Origin: Octopus bimaculoides
Taxonomy: Eukaryota
DNA length: 64,000 nucleotides
Reading direction: 5' to 3'
NCBI RefSeq assembly: GCF_001194135.2
Contig: NC_068987.1
Coordinates: forward strand, 19,746,857-19,810,856
The position numbers were made by a program, and so were the translations under genes. Below the pieces are notes generated by a model. It searched no databases, was not told where the DNA came from, and was given only the letters and a program-made list of their open reading frames with translations. Shown piece by piece: positions 50,991 through 63,354 of this stretch; position 1 is the stretch's first letter, and every line of letters starts with the position of its first letter.

Positions 50991-51151
50991 GACAGGCTTC
51001 TTTCAGTTTCCATCTACCAAATCCACGCACAAGGCTTTGGTCGGCCCGAGGCTATAGTAGAAGACACTTGCCCAAGGTGCCAAGCAGTGGGACTGAACCC
51101 GGAACCATGTGGTTTGTAATCAAGCTATTTACCACACAGCCACTCCTATGC
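50606..51151 (-). mobile_element. SINE family A, young full-length, expanded (TA/CA)n
   Basis: Highly similar to 22657-23054. Confidence 0.9.
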
Positions 51152-51967
51152 ATATGTTAACTCTCTTGTATTTAAACTGACCATATCTGACCCAAATACT
51201 CTCCCTAATTTATGTTCAAACTGTCTGGATCCGGCCTCTTACAATGTCATTCTAAAAATAAACAATTGCATCATCAGAATCTTGAAACTGAGATAATGCA
51301 TGATTAATTCAAAATAATGTAAACAAATAAGCATTAAATTTGATGGAGTAATCTGAATGCTATAGGGTTAAAGTATCTACATTATCTATTCATTAGTTGC
51401 AGGTAGGAGCAACAAGCCAACGATTACCAAAGTGTCCCTAAACCAGAATTGACAGGATTAATTAGGTGAGGTGAGGGATATGAATTTTCAAATATTCTAT
51501 TTGAATTATTGCTTATTGGGGTAATCGAATTGACAGATACTCATATATCAATATTTATAAACTCCCTACCACCACCAACAGCATTCCATTTCACAATAGC
51601 TGTCTTTTGATCTGTAAGTTTTTTTCCCAATTTATCAAAGAACATATGTTACCAGCAATGTCACACACACACACACACACACAAAATAAATAAATAAAAA
51701 CCCATTGCCTTTCACCATCAGTTTCACATCTGTGTCTCTGTAGGCGAACTGAAGATAAACTACAACATATACATAGATGGATAAATAACATCTGATTCCA
51801 TGACCACGTAAAGTACAAAGATTGTTAAAAATCATTAACATAACATCTGAATTAACATCTGTCTTTTCATGTTGTCATGGCTTGGTCAGGCTTGCATGAT
51901 TGTATACATTTAACAAGACATTATTAAAATCTAACATGTCTGAGCCAACAAGAGCGGCCCTCTACAC

Positions 51968-52829
51968 CAGTGTTTTCCAACCATTTTTTTACCTATGAAC
52001 TCTTGATTCCTATTTTATTCAGATGAACCCTCATTGCCATTTGATATTTAAAAAATTGCTATTATATTTTTATGTGGAGGCGCAATGGCCCAGTGGTTAG
52101 GGCAGTGGACTCGCGGTCACAGGATCGCGGTTTCGATTCCCAGACCGGACGATGTGAGTGTTTATTGAGTGAAAACACCTAAAACTCCACGAGGCTCCGG
52201 CAGGGGATGGTGGCAAACCCTGCTGTACTCCTCCACCACAACTTTCTCTCACTCTTACTTCCTGTTTCTGTTGTGCCTGTAATTCAAAGGGTCAGCCTTG
52301 TCACACTGTGTCACATTGAATATCCCCGAGAACTACGTTAAGGGTACATGTGTCTGTGGAGTGCTCAGCCACTTGCACATTAATTTCACGAGCAGGCTGT
52401 TCCATTGATCGGATCAACTGGAACCCTCGACGTCGTAAGTGACGGAGTGCCAACAACAACAGTATATCTAGGAGTACATTATTTAACGTAGCCTTTCTTT
52501 TTAAAATTTGAAGGATATTCAGCTGCTATTTCTACTAAGTTGTCTGCTCAACACATTTCAACTCATTGATTCAAGTACTCATTTATTTATTGTTGTTTTT
52601 TAACTTTCTATAAACCTCCTTCCATTTGCGACCTTTCCAATGCCTTATTTCAGCTGTGACTTGTCCACCTATTTATTTAATCATAGTGTAAATTTATTAG
52701 AAACTGAATTAAAAAATTGTTAAAATATTTTGTGTATTGTAGAAGTGTAACCGATTCATTGAAGGATAAATTTTAACAAGGGCCATATGGACTCCCAACG
52801 GCCGTATGGATCCTGGTTGAGAGCTACTG
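51968..52829. mobile_element. hAT MITE carrying a 617-bp insertion
   Basis: TIR-like cagtgttttccaacc / ggttgagagctactg; TSD ctctacac (51960-51967) / ttctacac (52830-52837). Confidence 0.75.
52074..52460 (+). mobile_element. SINE family C, full-length, no TSD of its own
   Basis: Reverse complement of 36591-36977 and followed by that copy's 3' flank (52461-52690 matches 36590-36361). Confidence 0.95.
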
Positions 52830-52959
52830 TTCTACACAAATAGCTAATATATTACTGGTAATCATTTTATTGACTTTGAAATGATGAAAAAGGTAAAGTT
52901 GAACCCGGCATGATTTAAATTCTGGTGGTGAATGAATGTACGTGTAAAAAGTATTGGTA

Positions 52960-53170
52960 TGAGTGTGGTTGCAATGTAAAAAGCACTGGTGATGGTGCCA
53001 CATAAAAAGCACCCAGTACACACTATAAAGTGGTTGGCGTTAGGAAGGGCATCTAACTGTAGAAACCAAGCCAAATAGACTATGGAACCAGGTGTGGCTC
53101 CTGACTTTGCCAGTTCTTGTCAAGCCATCCAAACCAGCATGGAAAATAGATTAAAGGATGATGATTGATG
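52960..53170 (+). mobile_element. SINE family E 3' half
   Basis: aaagcacccagtacacactataaagtggttggcgttaggaagggcatc...ccagcatggaaaa...gatgatgattgatgatg. Confidence 0.75.
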
Positions 53171-53754
53171 ATGTTCAGTACTAGAATTCTAATTCTACCA
53201 TCCACCTCTCTTGTAATAATGAAACCAATGTAATTAACTATAGTTGTATTCATAAAAACGAGGACGTGCACCTCAAATTACAGGAAATTGTGCAGTTGTT
53301 GCTTATCTCTTGGTCATTTCCAGTTAAAGGCATTCCAACTGACATTTTGCCTTTTTAGGGATATCTTGGACAAGATGTTTTTTTCTTTTTTTAAACTTGG
53401 CTGGTGTTTCTAGCGGGGAGAGTGAAGGTATGGAGAATCCCTCACTGCCTTTATCATTATGATGGCAGATAAAATGGTGGTTGGGCAGAATCACTAGCAT
53501 GTTGGACAAAATGCTTGAGGCATTCCTTTTGGTCCTTTACTTTCTCAGTCAAAATCCTACCAACATCTTGTAATAATTAACAGGACTTGATTTCAGAACA
53601 TATAGACTATAAGTGAAGCTGTGAGGCATTTTGTCTGATGCCCTAACAATTCTGCCAATCCATGACCCAAATATTTTCTAGTAATAGGTACAGGGCCACA
53701 GATCTGAGGGGAGGGGCTTGTAAAAATAATTGTTTTATTTGTCATAAAAGCAAA

Positions 53755-53970
53755 TGAAAAGAAATTTTGGCATAAGGCCAGCAGGTTTGAGGAAGAAGCT
53801 AAGCCGATTAAATTGGCCCCAGTTTGCAACTGGTACTTAATTTATCGACCCCGAAAGGATGAAAGGTAAAGTTGGCCCCAGTGGAATTTGAACTCAGGGT
53901 GTAAAGATGGATGAAATGCCGTTAAGCATTTCACCTGGCATGCTAATGACTCTGCCAGCTCACTACCGCC
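53755..53970 (-). mobile_element. SINE family B
   Basis: actggtacttaatttatcgaccccgaaaggatgaaagg...ctctgccagctcactaccgcc. Confidence 0.85.
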
Positions 53971-55439
53971 TAATAAAGTGCTATAATTATTTTACAAACT
54001 AAAAATAAAAAAAAAATACGGTGAAAATATTTGTGAATGGATTGAAAACAATTGAAATTCTAATATTGGCTGAATTTACAGTAGGCTCTGAATAGATTCT
54101 CTAAAGGAGATAGTCGAAGGAATTGGACAACTGATTATAAAGTCAACAGTTCATACCATGAACACTCAGTAATGTAATTAATATATCAGCTTTTAATCAA
54201 TATGCTTAGTTAATCAATCAATCAAGGTTTCATTTATCATAACAGACAAATAAGATGATTTAGTCAATTGCTCGAAATTTTGCTGGTAAGTGGTTTTCAA
54301 GTTAAGAGATTGGCTCTTGTGATTTCGAGAGAGGAAAGGGGAAGGATCGGTGTCTTGTTGTGTAGTGTCTGGAAGGATTTAGATTTGACCACTGAATAAA
54401 GGCTTAGAACATGCTTAATTATACCATGCCTACAATGCCAAAGGAAATAAACTGTACTGATACTTGACCTGCTGGAGATAGTAACTAAATCTCTCTCAAG
54501 TCACATCTTAGTATCTTAGGAAAGAAGGATACTTTGAATAATGTAGTCCTAGGTGCATTGTGATTACAAAATATGTATGTTAGATATGATTAGAATGCAT
54601 TCTCAATCAGGGATGACCTGGGATTTAACAACAACTAGTGTTTTGTAACCACTCCGTACCTATCTATAGCGGAGTAGATTGGCTGGGTATGTGCTTGGGA
54701 GATCTTAGTTAAGGGATACAAATTGTTGCCACACACCCAGTCTTTTGGCATGCTAGCTGACCAATACAGGCTACTGATTCCTAATTGATAACCTCTAAAC
54801 CCAATGATTCCTAATCCAGTTGTAGGAACATCCTGCATAACCGTAAATTCGGGATATTATATTGAATATTCCAATTTTTAAAGGAGAAAAGCCACGAAAA
54901 AAAAAGAAACAAAGTGGGGTGAGAAACTCCAAATATTTTGTTTAACTCGTGAAACATTCTAATTGCCTTTAGAGTTTTGGGTTTCTATCAAACTTCCACC
55001 CGTGCATACACATAACATTGGAAACTTTGAAATTTCAAATAATTCACAACTCATAAATTATCTGTGAATCTTGAGAAAATGTGAATAAGCCATCCACACA
55101 TCTATCTCTCAATCTGTCTGTCTGTCTATCCATCCTCTCTCTCTCCCTATCATAGAAACATTATCCAATCTAAGAAGCCAATTAACTTTAGATCCTATCT
55201 TCGTTAATGACAGACTAAACTGTCATAAATGCCTAATCAGCTTGCAGTAGATAAAGCATAACAGTTAATAAAGTTTGGCAAACACTGAGTTTCTCATCTC
55301 AGTATATCTGTGTGACTTTGTTAAATGAGTGTATGGGCATATACATCACACACACACACACACACACACGTGTGTATGTTTATATTAACACACATACACA
55401 CATTTCGCTATACTTGTATGTTTATATGTTTCATATATT

Positions 55440-55770
55440 CTTTTATTCTTTTGTTTCAGTCATTTGACTGTGGCCATGCTGGAGCACCACCTTTAGTCGA
55501 ACAAATTGCCCTCAGGACTTATTCTTTGTAAGCTTAGTACTTATTCTATCGGTCTGTTTTGCCAAACCACTAAGTTACGGGGACATAAACACACCAACAT
55601 TGGTTGTCAAGCGATGGTGGGGAGGACAAACAGAAACACACAAATACATATACATATACACATACGATGGGCTTCTTTCAGTTTCAGTCTACCAAATCCA
55701 TTCACAAGGCCTTGGTTGGCCCAAGGCTATAGAAGAAAACACTTGCCCAAGGTGCCACACAGTGAGACTA
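55440..55770 (-). mobile_element. SINE family A
   Basis: Family-A motifs. Confidence 0.85.
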
Positions 55771-55790
55771 TGGTTGTATGTTTATCTATA

Positions 55791-55827
<37 letters not shown>

Positions 55828-55830
<3 letters not shown>

Positions 55831-55998
55831 GCATGGATGCTTCCTAAACATAGTTTCAAGCTCAGACTTAGTGTGACAATGTGAGTAAGTGTCTTCTATA
55901 GCTTTGAACCTATCAAAACCTTGTGAGTGAATTTCACAGATGGAAATGAAAGAAACCTATTGTACATGTGTGTGAGTGTGTACATGTACATATATATA

Positions 55999-56030
<32 letters not shown>

Positions 56031-56265
56031 TTGTAAGTATGTGTTACTGTCTCCCTGCCTGACATCATATAATAGTGGTAAACAAGTGTCACCACCAAGC
56101 AGTGTACTTCATTTCCAGTCTTCAGTGTCTTGGTAATGGAGAAATATTGCCTTGGCTAGAAACAAGTGAGAGTTAGCAACAGGAAGGGCATTTAGCCATA
56201 GAAAACATGCCTCAACAAAATTCCATCTGACCCATGTGGGCACAGAAAAGTGGATGTTGTGCATG
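55828..56265 (+). mobile_element. SINE with family A head and family E-like 3' region
   Basis: Decayed A head, (TG)n, then gagttagcaacaggaagggcatttagccatagaaaac...gacccatg. Confidence 0.7.
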
Positions 56266-56673
56266 AACTGTAGCAACATTATACTTGTTCCTCAACATTA
56301 TAATATCCGTTTCGATGTCTCCTGGGTCACTGATCCAGTGCTCAAATTCCAAAGTCAAATTTCAACAACAATAAAAAGTAACAAATATAATCCTGTGTAT
56401 GTGTGTGTGTCTTATAATTATAAAACTTAGTTTAATGCCACAATTACCTTGGGTGCCTTTAGAGGGGTCCATTCTGTTTCAAGTCCCTGTTTTAAAGAAA
56501 ACTGCATATCTTGATATGCTCCTTCCTATTATAGCAACCCGTGAATTGTGGATTCTGCTCTCTTTCACCAACACCAGCCTTTGAAGCCCTTCTCAAAGAG
56601 AGAGAGAAGGAGAGTAAGAACACAGAGAGAGAAAGGTAACTACAAGACCAGTATCTTAATATAGTTAATGCTA

Positions 56674-56870
56674 GATAAGGCGGCGAGCTGGCAGAATCGT
56701 TAGCACGTCGGGTGAAATGCTTAGTGTTATTTCGTTTATCTTTATGTTCTGAGTTCAAGTGCCGCCGAGGTTGACTTTGCCTTTCATCCTTTCGGGGTCG
56801 ATAAATTAAGTAACAGTTGCGTACTGGAGTCGATCTAAAAATTTTTGGCCTTGTGCCTAGAGTAGAACAG
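56674..56870 (+). mobile_element. SINE family B, young, 16-bp TSD
   Basis: TSD aatatagttaatgcta at 56658-56673 and 56871-56886. Confidence 0.95.
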
Positions 56871-58151
56871 AATATAGTTAATGCTAAATTTGAAATGTTG
56901 CAAGTGAGTAGTTGAAGAAAAAAAAAAAAAATACTATTTGGAGAAGTAAGTTCCATAGGGATTCATTTTGCGGATGAAGGATTGGATGAGGAAAACAATA
57001 TGCGCAGTATAGGATCTTGAGCAATGGACCGAAACTGCATAGATTTCAGTAGAAATATGAAATGGTAAGGTCATTGAAGCTGAAGTNNNNNNNNNNNNNN
57101 NNNNNNNNNNNNNNNNNNNNNNNNNNNNNNNNNNNNNNNNNNNNNNNNNNNNNNNNNNNNNNNNNNNNNNNNNNNNNNNNNNNNNNNNNNNNNNNNNNNN
57201 NNNNNNNNNNNNNNNNNNNNNNNNNNNNNNNNNNNNNNNNNNNNNNNNNNNNNNNNNNNNNNNNNNNNNNNNNNNNNNNNNNNNNNNNNNNNNNNNNNNN
57301 NNNNNNNNNNNNNNNNNNNNNNNNNNNNNNNNNNNNNNNNNNNNNNNNNNNNNNNNNNNNNNNNNNNNNNNNNNNNNNNNNNNNNNNNNNAGAGAGAGAG
57401 AGAGAGAGTGAGAAAGAGAGAGAGAGAGAGAGTGAGAAAGAGAGAGAGAGTGAGAAAGAGAGAGAGAGTGAGAAAGAGAAAGAGAGTGAGAAAGAGACAG
57501 AGAGTGAGAAAGAGGGAGAGCAAGAGAAATAGAAAGTGAGAAAATGTTAGAGAGAGATTGATAAATAGCAGAAATATCTCGCCATCTAAAAATAACAGAT
57601 CATTGTTAAAAAAATAAAAACAACTTTTGAGTAAAAATACTGGAATCAAAGAATATTTAAAAGAATAATAAAAATATAAATGGAAGTTTTATGTTGAAAA
57701 ATTGTAGCATATAGGACGAAAAAGAAATTATTTCAATTCCTGAACCATCTTCCATAATTGTATATCACAGTTTTCTCTCTCTTGGCATTTATCTAGTTAT
57801 GCACCAATTCTTATTCAATTCATATTAAGAGAATAAAGAAAAGAACACAAACTAGTGGAGCTTTGTTGTAATAGTAGTAGTAGAAGTTCAGCAAAGAGTA
57901 ATAATTATAAATAAGAAAATAATATTAACAGTAATGTTATATATTAAACTTGACAGCTGAACAAGTAGTTCATAGATTTTGTAGCATACAGTTGGCCACA
58001 TTGAAATAAAACAACTTCTAAGGTATTTTTGTATATCTACTTTGATTTCTATAATAGTAATAATGGGTAATTCTTTCTACTATAGGCACAAAACCTGAAA
58101 TTTTGGCAGGATGGGCCTAGTCGATTACATCATCCCAAATATGTTGCTTAC

Positions 58152-58520
58152 TCCTGTTTCACTCATTTGATTGCGGCTATGCTGGAGCACCGCCTTTTAG
58201 GCGAAGAAATCAACCCCAGGACTTATCCTTTGTAAGCTTGGTATTTATTTTATCAGCGTCTTTTGCCAAACCACTAAGTTATGGGGATGTAAACACACCA
58301 ACATTGGTTGTCAAGCGATAATTGGAGGACAAACACAGACACAAAAACACACAAATACACACACACACACACATAAATATATATATGACAGGCTTCTTTC
58401 AGTTTCGGTCTACCAAATCCACTCAAGGCTTTGGTCAGCCCAAGGTGCCACACAGTGGGATTAAAACCCGGAACCATATGGTTGGGAAGCAAGCTTCTTA
58501 CCACATAGCCACTCCTACTT
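58152..58520 (-). mobile_element. SINE family A
   Basis: Family-A motifs. Confidence 0.85.
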
Positions 58521-58534
58521 GTACATTTCTTTTC

Positions 58535-59200
58535 CATTGACCCTAAAAGGGTGAAAGGCAAAGTTGGGTTTGGTGGTATTTGAACTTGTACATGAAGGAG
58601 CTGGAAGAAACACTCAAACATTTTGTCAGATGTACTGACAATTTCCCCAGTTCACCACCTTAATAATGGTTTCAAATTTTGGCACAAGGCCAGCAGTCTT
58701 GGAGAAGTTAAACCGTTTACATCGGCCCCAATGCTCGACTAGTAATTATTTTATTGATCCTGAAATGATGAAAGGCAAAGTTGACTTCGGTGGAATTTGA
58801 ACTCAGAACATGAAGACAGATGAAATACTGCTAAGCAGTTCACCCGGCGTGCTAACAATTCTGCCAGCTCGTTGCCCTCACCTTAATAATAATAATAATA
58901 ATAATAATAGTAATAATTATAATAATTCTTTCTAATTTTGGGCATAATGCCAGCAAATTTTAGAGGGAAGGAGTTAGCTGATTATATTGACTTCAGTACT
59001 TGGTTGCTATTTTATTATATTGATGGACCCTGAAAGGATGAAAGGCTATGTTGACTTTGTTGGTATTTGAACTCAGAACAAAAAGACAGGCAAAATGATG
59101 CTAAGCATTTTGTCAGGCATGCTAATGATTCTGCCACAGTTTGCTGTTTTAATAATTCTTTCTACTATAAGCACAAGGCTTAAAATTTTTGGGAAAGGTG
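58535..59200 (-). mobile_element. Three head-to-tail SINE family B copies plus a tail fragment
   Basis: Three tgaaagg / tttgaac cassettes separated by (aat)n. Confidence 0.8.
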
Positions 59201-59789
59201 TTGAAGGCTTACACACAGTCATCATCAACCCAATTTTGGTCACAAAGCTTGGGTTTATCTGAGGCTTATAGTAAAAGATACTTACCCAAGTATCCCAACA
59301 CAGTTTGATCCCAACACAGCAGGATCAAACCCAAGACAATGATTGTGAAGTAAACTTCATAACTATTTGGCAATGCCTTCAATATATAAAGTCATAAATG
59401 ACAGAAAAAGAGTTTGATAAAAATTTTATTCAACAGTAAGAAAATTCAAATATTTTGAAAGATTTTTTTTGCATGAGTGCAGACATAATTCTTTTATCAT
59501 TAAATATAATAATATAAATTATTCAGATGTTTTTAAGTTACATAACAATTTGTCATATTTGAATTTTCTTATTGTTAAGTAAAATTTCATCAATCTATTT
59601 CTATCATTTATGACTTTATATACACCTTATTGTTTTCTCTAGTATTGTACTATATCTATATCTAAATGTTTTATAGAATGACACATTAAGGATTTATTTT
59701 CACAAGTACTACCTGATTACTTGAATCCATATATTGTAACTTAAATTTATATATATATATAATATAAATAATATATAAATGTATGCATA

Positions 59790-59976
59790 TATGCATATAT
59801 GGGTACAGGACATTAAAAAAAAAACGTTAAACACGATGAGAAACGAAAACATAAAAACAAAAACATAGAAAACGAACTTTTCTTAAACAATGAAAAAAAC
59901 AGAGAAACGAGACATGCAACATAAAAAGTATACCCTTCGTCAGTTGTCCCTGTTTCATCTACTCTGCGTTTCGAAG

Positions 59977-59978
<2 letters not shown>
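59790..59978 (-). mobile_element. Second copy of the GAAAC...CTGAYGA repeat family
   Basis: Minus strand ccttcgaaacgc...caactgacgaaggg...tgtcctgtacccatatatgcat. Confidence 0.55.
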
Positions 59979-60059
<81 letters not shown>

Positions 60060-60061
<2 letters not shown>

Positions 60062-60450
60062 TTCATCTTTTACTTGTTCCAGTCATTAGACTGTGGCCAT
60101 ACTGGGGTACTGCCACGAAAGGCCCTTGTCAAACCAATTCAAGTACTTACGTTTTTTTCTAAAGTCTGGTACTTATTCTATTGATCTCTTTTGCCAGACT
60201 ACCAAGTTAAGGGAATGTAAACAAACCAACAATGGTTGTCAAGTGGTGGTGGGTTGACAAACAACACAAAGGAACACGTAGGCAAATTATGTGACGGGCT
60301 TCTACAGTTTCCCCTCTACTAAATTCTTTCACATGGCATTGATCAGCCTGGGGCTATAGTAGAGGACACTTGCCTCAAGTGTTGTGCAATGGGACTAAAC
60401 CCCAAATCCTGTGGTTGCAAAGCGAGGTTCTCAACCATGTAGCTATGCCT
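60060..60450 (-). mobile_element. SINE family A, decayed
   Basis: Family-A motifs. Confidence 0.75.
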
Positions 60451-60570
60451 CTGCTTTATTTATTTATTTATATATACATATATATATAAACACACACAAG
60501 CATTTCTTTGTGCATGCACACCAAATCACATGCAAACAGAACACAATTTCACATGCACACACATACATAC

Positions 60571-60601
<31 letters not shown>

Positions 60602-60851
60602 GAGCAGGAGGGAGAGTGAAAGTGTGCATGCATGCGTGCATATACATGGGTTTGTGCATATCTGAAAGAATAACTTCAGACATTCGAATCTAGCCAATAA
60701 CTTTTTATTTCCTCTATGTCAAGGCGACATTCCCAGCCCATATAACCTGGTTTGAGGTTAACAGTGACGGTTGGGGGTGAAGGTGTCAGGGAATCACAAA
60801 TGGTGGAAAGTTAGAACAAGAGATTGGAATTGTCTCTTGCTGTTCTGTCTC

Positions 60852-60869
<18 letters not shown>

Positions 60870-60882
<13 letters not shown>

Positions 60883-61190
60883 AATAAATAAATAAATATA
60901 TATATAAATAAATAAATATATATATATATAAATAAATAAATATATATATAAATAAATAAATATATATATAAATAAATAAATATATATATATATATATATA
61001 TGTATGTATAAATATATATATATATATANNNNNNNNNNAAATAAATAAATATATATATAAATAAATAAATATATATATATATAAATAAATAAATATATAT
61101 ATAAATAAATAAATATATATATAAATAAATAAATATATATATATATATATATATGTATGTATAAATATATATATATATATATGTATGTAT
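60870..61190. repeat. (aaat)n(at)n compound minisatellite, duplicated across a 10-N gap
   Basis: aaataaataaatatatatatat units; the same block appears on both sides of the gap. Confidence 0.8.
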
Positions 61191-61292
61191 GTACATGTGT
61201 ATGTTATATGCACATGTTCTCTCTCATACACATACAAAGTATAAGCTCTATCACACATATATATCTCTAAAGACACACATACTCACACATAT

Positions 61293-61333
<41 letters not shown>

Positions 61334-62466
61334 AACTCCATGTGTCCGAATGTATATTTCTAGTGCATGCACACATATGGAACAAGCGGAACGCTATTCT
61401 TTGATACTGTCTCATATAATGTTATGTTTTACCGTTTCATGCTTGCATGGATTGGACATGGCTACTCAAGTGCCCGATCTACCAGGCGGAACCGTCACTA
61501 TATCAATTGTATGGCCACCCCCCACTATTTTCTGGATGAATGCCTCTTCCTAACACACTGTGTAGTGTATGTACGTGGAATGGTTAAATAGCATGGGTGG
61601 GCATTAATACAACGAGAGAGAGAGAGAGCCAAGAAAAAGAAACAAGTATAGCAACGATGCACAAGTGTGCATGCATATACATGTGCATGTGAATATATAT
61701 TTATGTGTCTACATATACATGCATATATTAGGGCATGTGCATATGCAAACATGCTTATATGAGCCTGAGCAAATACATGCTTTTACAATTGAACTGACAA
61801 TAAGCAACAATATCTCTATGAAGGCCAAATCTAAAAGATTTACTACCAGATGTGATTTATTTTTCAAGCAGAGATATTATTCTTTGCTGTTGTTATTTCG
61901 TGCCTGGCCACTCCTAGTCTGGAAGGCTTAGGATCAAAAACATTCATACTCTGACCACTTTTTTTTTTCCCGCAAAAAAACAAAAAACAACAATAACAAA
62001 AAGTGTTTTTAGGGCTACTTTATCCAATACATTCTTTGTTTCTTATGATAGGGTGAAATTTTAGGAACATTTGGTTCTGTTTCTGGTTAATAATGCAGCC
62101 ATGTAGAAACTTTCTTGAAGGAGTTAGTGTTTCGTCTGAGTTTAGTCTCGAGATTGAACAGAACAATGATCAAAGATCTCCTAGTTATGACCAACAGGTT
62201 TTTTTCTAATACAGTGTATCAAAAACTACATTATTCAATGTCCTTTCCCTATTACAATGATAGGGTGCGATTCGAGAGATTTAGCTACTATTTCTAGCAA
62301 GCTCAAAGCCCCCCTCCCCACATAAAAGCAAGCTTCATTGGCTTCAAAGGGTTTATTTTAGTAAAAAGAGAAGTGGATGCCGTTGATTTACTGTTAGTAA
62401 ATTACAAGTGTTCATAATATACTCCCTAGTAGGATTTGATCTCAGGAAATAGATGCAGGAATGGCC

Positions 62467-62609
62467 GTGAGGGTAAAAAGTTCACTGTGCAACCACATGC
62501 CATTAGGCTTAGTTCTTCTATCTTGGGTGTTTCAACCATGGCCATGGGCCAGCCAATACCATGCAAAGGAATTGGACAGATGGAAACTGCAAGAAACCCA
62601 GTGTGTGCA

Positions 62610-62654
<45 letters not shown>

Positions 62655-62830
62655 CAATGTTTATATTCCATGCTTGTCATTATTTGAGCAAAGCAGTGCC
62701 CATGTAAACAATCCACACTGATGTTATAACCAGTTGCTCTGAACTTTTGAAGACCTGTGACATAAATAAATCCTGTAATTAAAAAAACACAGACAAGGAA
62801 GGGCATCTGGTTATAAAACTCTGAAATAAC
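62467..62830 (+). mobile_element. SINE with family A head and family E-like 3' region
   Basis: Decayed head, ggaaactgcaagaaaccc, (TG)n, gacaaggaagggcatctgg. Confidence 0.6.
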
Positions 62831-63239
62831 ACTCCATTTAAACCAGGGAAAACCTTTTAGTGCAGCAGGCAAAAGTTTCCAAAAAAAAAGGTTGGTGGGC
62901 AGATCTCAAGTTCTATCTCTTATATCTGTAAATCTTGTATATATATCTATCTATAAAGATAAGTTTAAGACCTTAAATTAACGCGTAACATTTTCATTAA
63001 TGCTGCCACTGAATTTAGGATGTCTATATTACTTATGAGGTAGTCTATATTTTTCAGCTAGAATGTAGTTGGGTCTCAAGGGGGTGGTACAAACCTAGCA
63101 ATATGTGTTTTATAGTCAAAACAAAATTTCCATTCAAATGGAAATTACTGGAGGATTTTTCTGTCCGAGTCTATCCATTTTAAGTTGGAGTGAAAACATG
63201 ACCTATTGTCACAAATAGGCGTATGAATATTGTATAAAT

Positions 63240-63354
63240 TTTATAATTGAAAAATTTACTATATTTTGTACATACAAGCATACCAGTCCGCGGGTGCAAT
63301 AAAATGGGCTCATAGGAACAGTTGCACCCGCGGGCGGGGGTTTCCCCACCCCTG
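63240..63354 (-). mobile_element. hAT MITE end with GC-rich subterminal palindrome
   Basis: Minus-strand terminus caggggtggggaaac; adjacent 8-mer atctaaac; other end not found. Confidence 0.55.

Noticed and set aside
51744-51795. Plus-strand acceptor followed by RTEDKLQHIHRWINNI* or GELKINYNIYIDG*
   Set aside because: Very short with no supporting exons; similar sites arise by chance in 64 kb.
52074-52150. tRNA-like sequence with A and B boxes (also 36900-36977 and the family A/B heads)
   Set aside because: No acceptor-stem pairing and continuous with a SINE body, so a SINE head rather than a tRNA gene.
118-60450. Excess of minus-strand family A copies (roughly two to one)
   Set aside because: The sample is too small to infer a host-gene strand.
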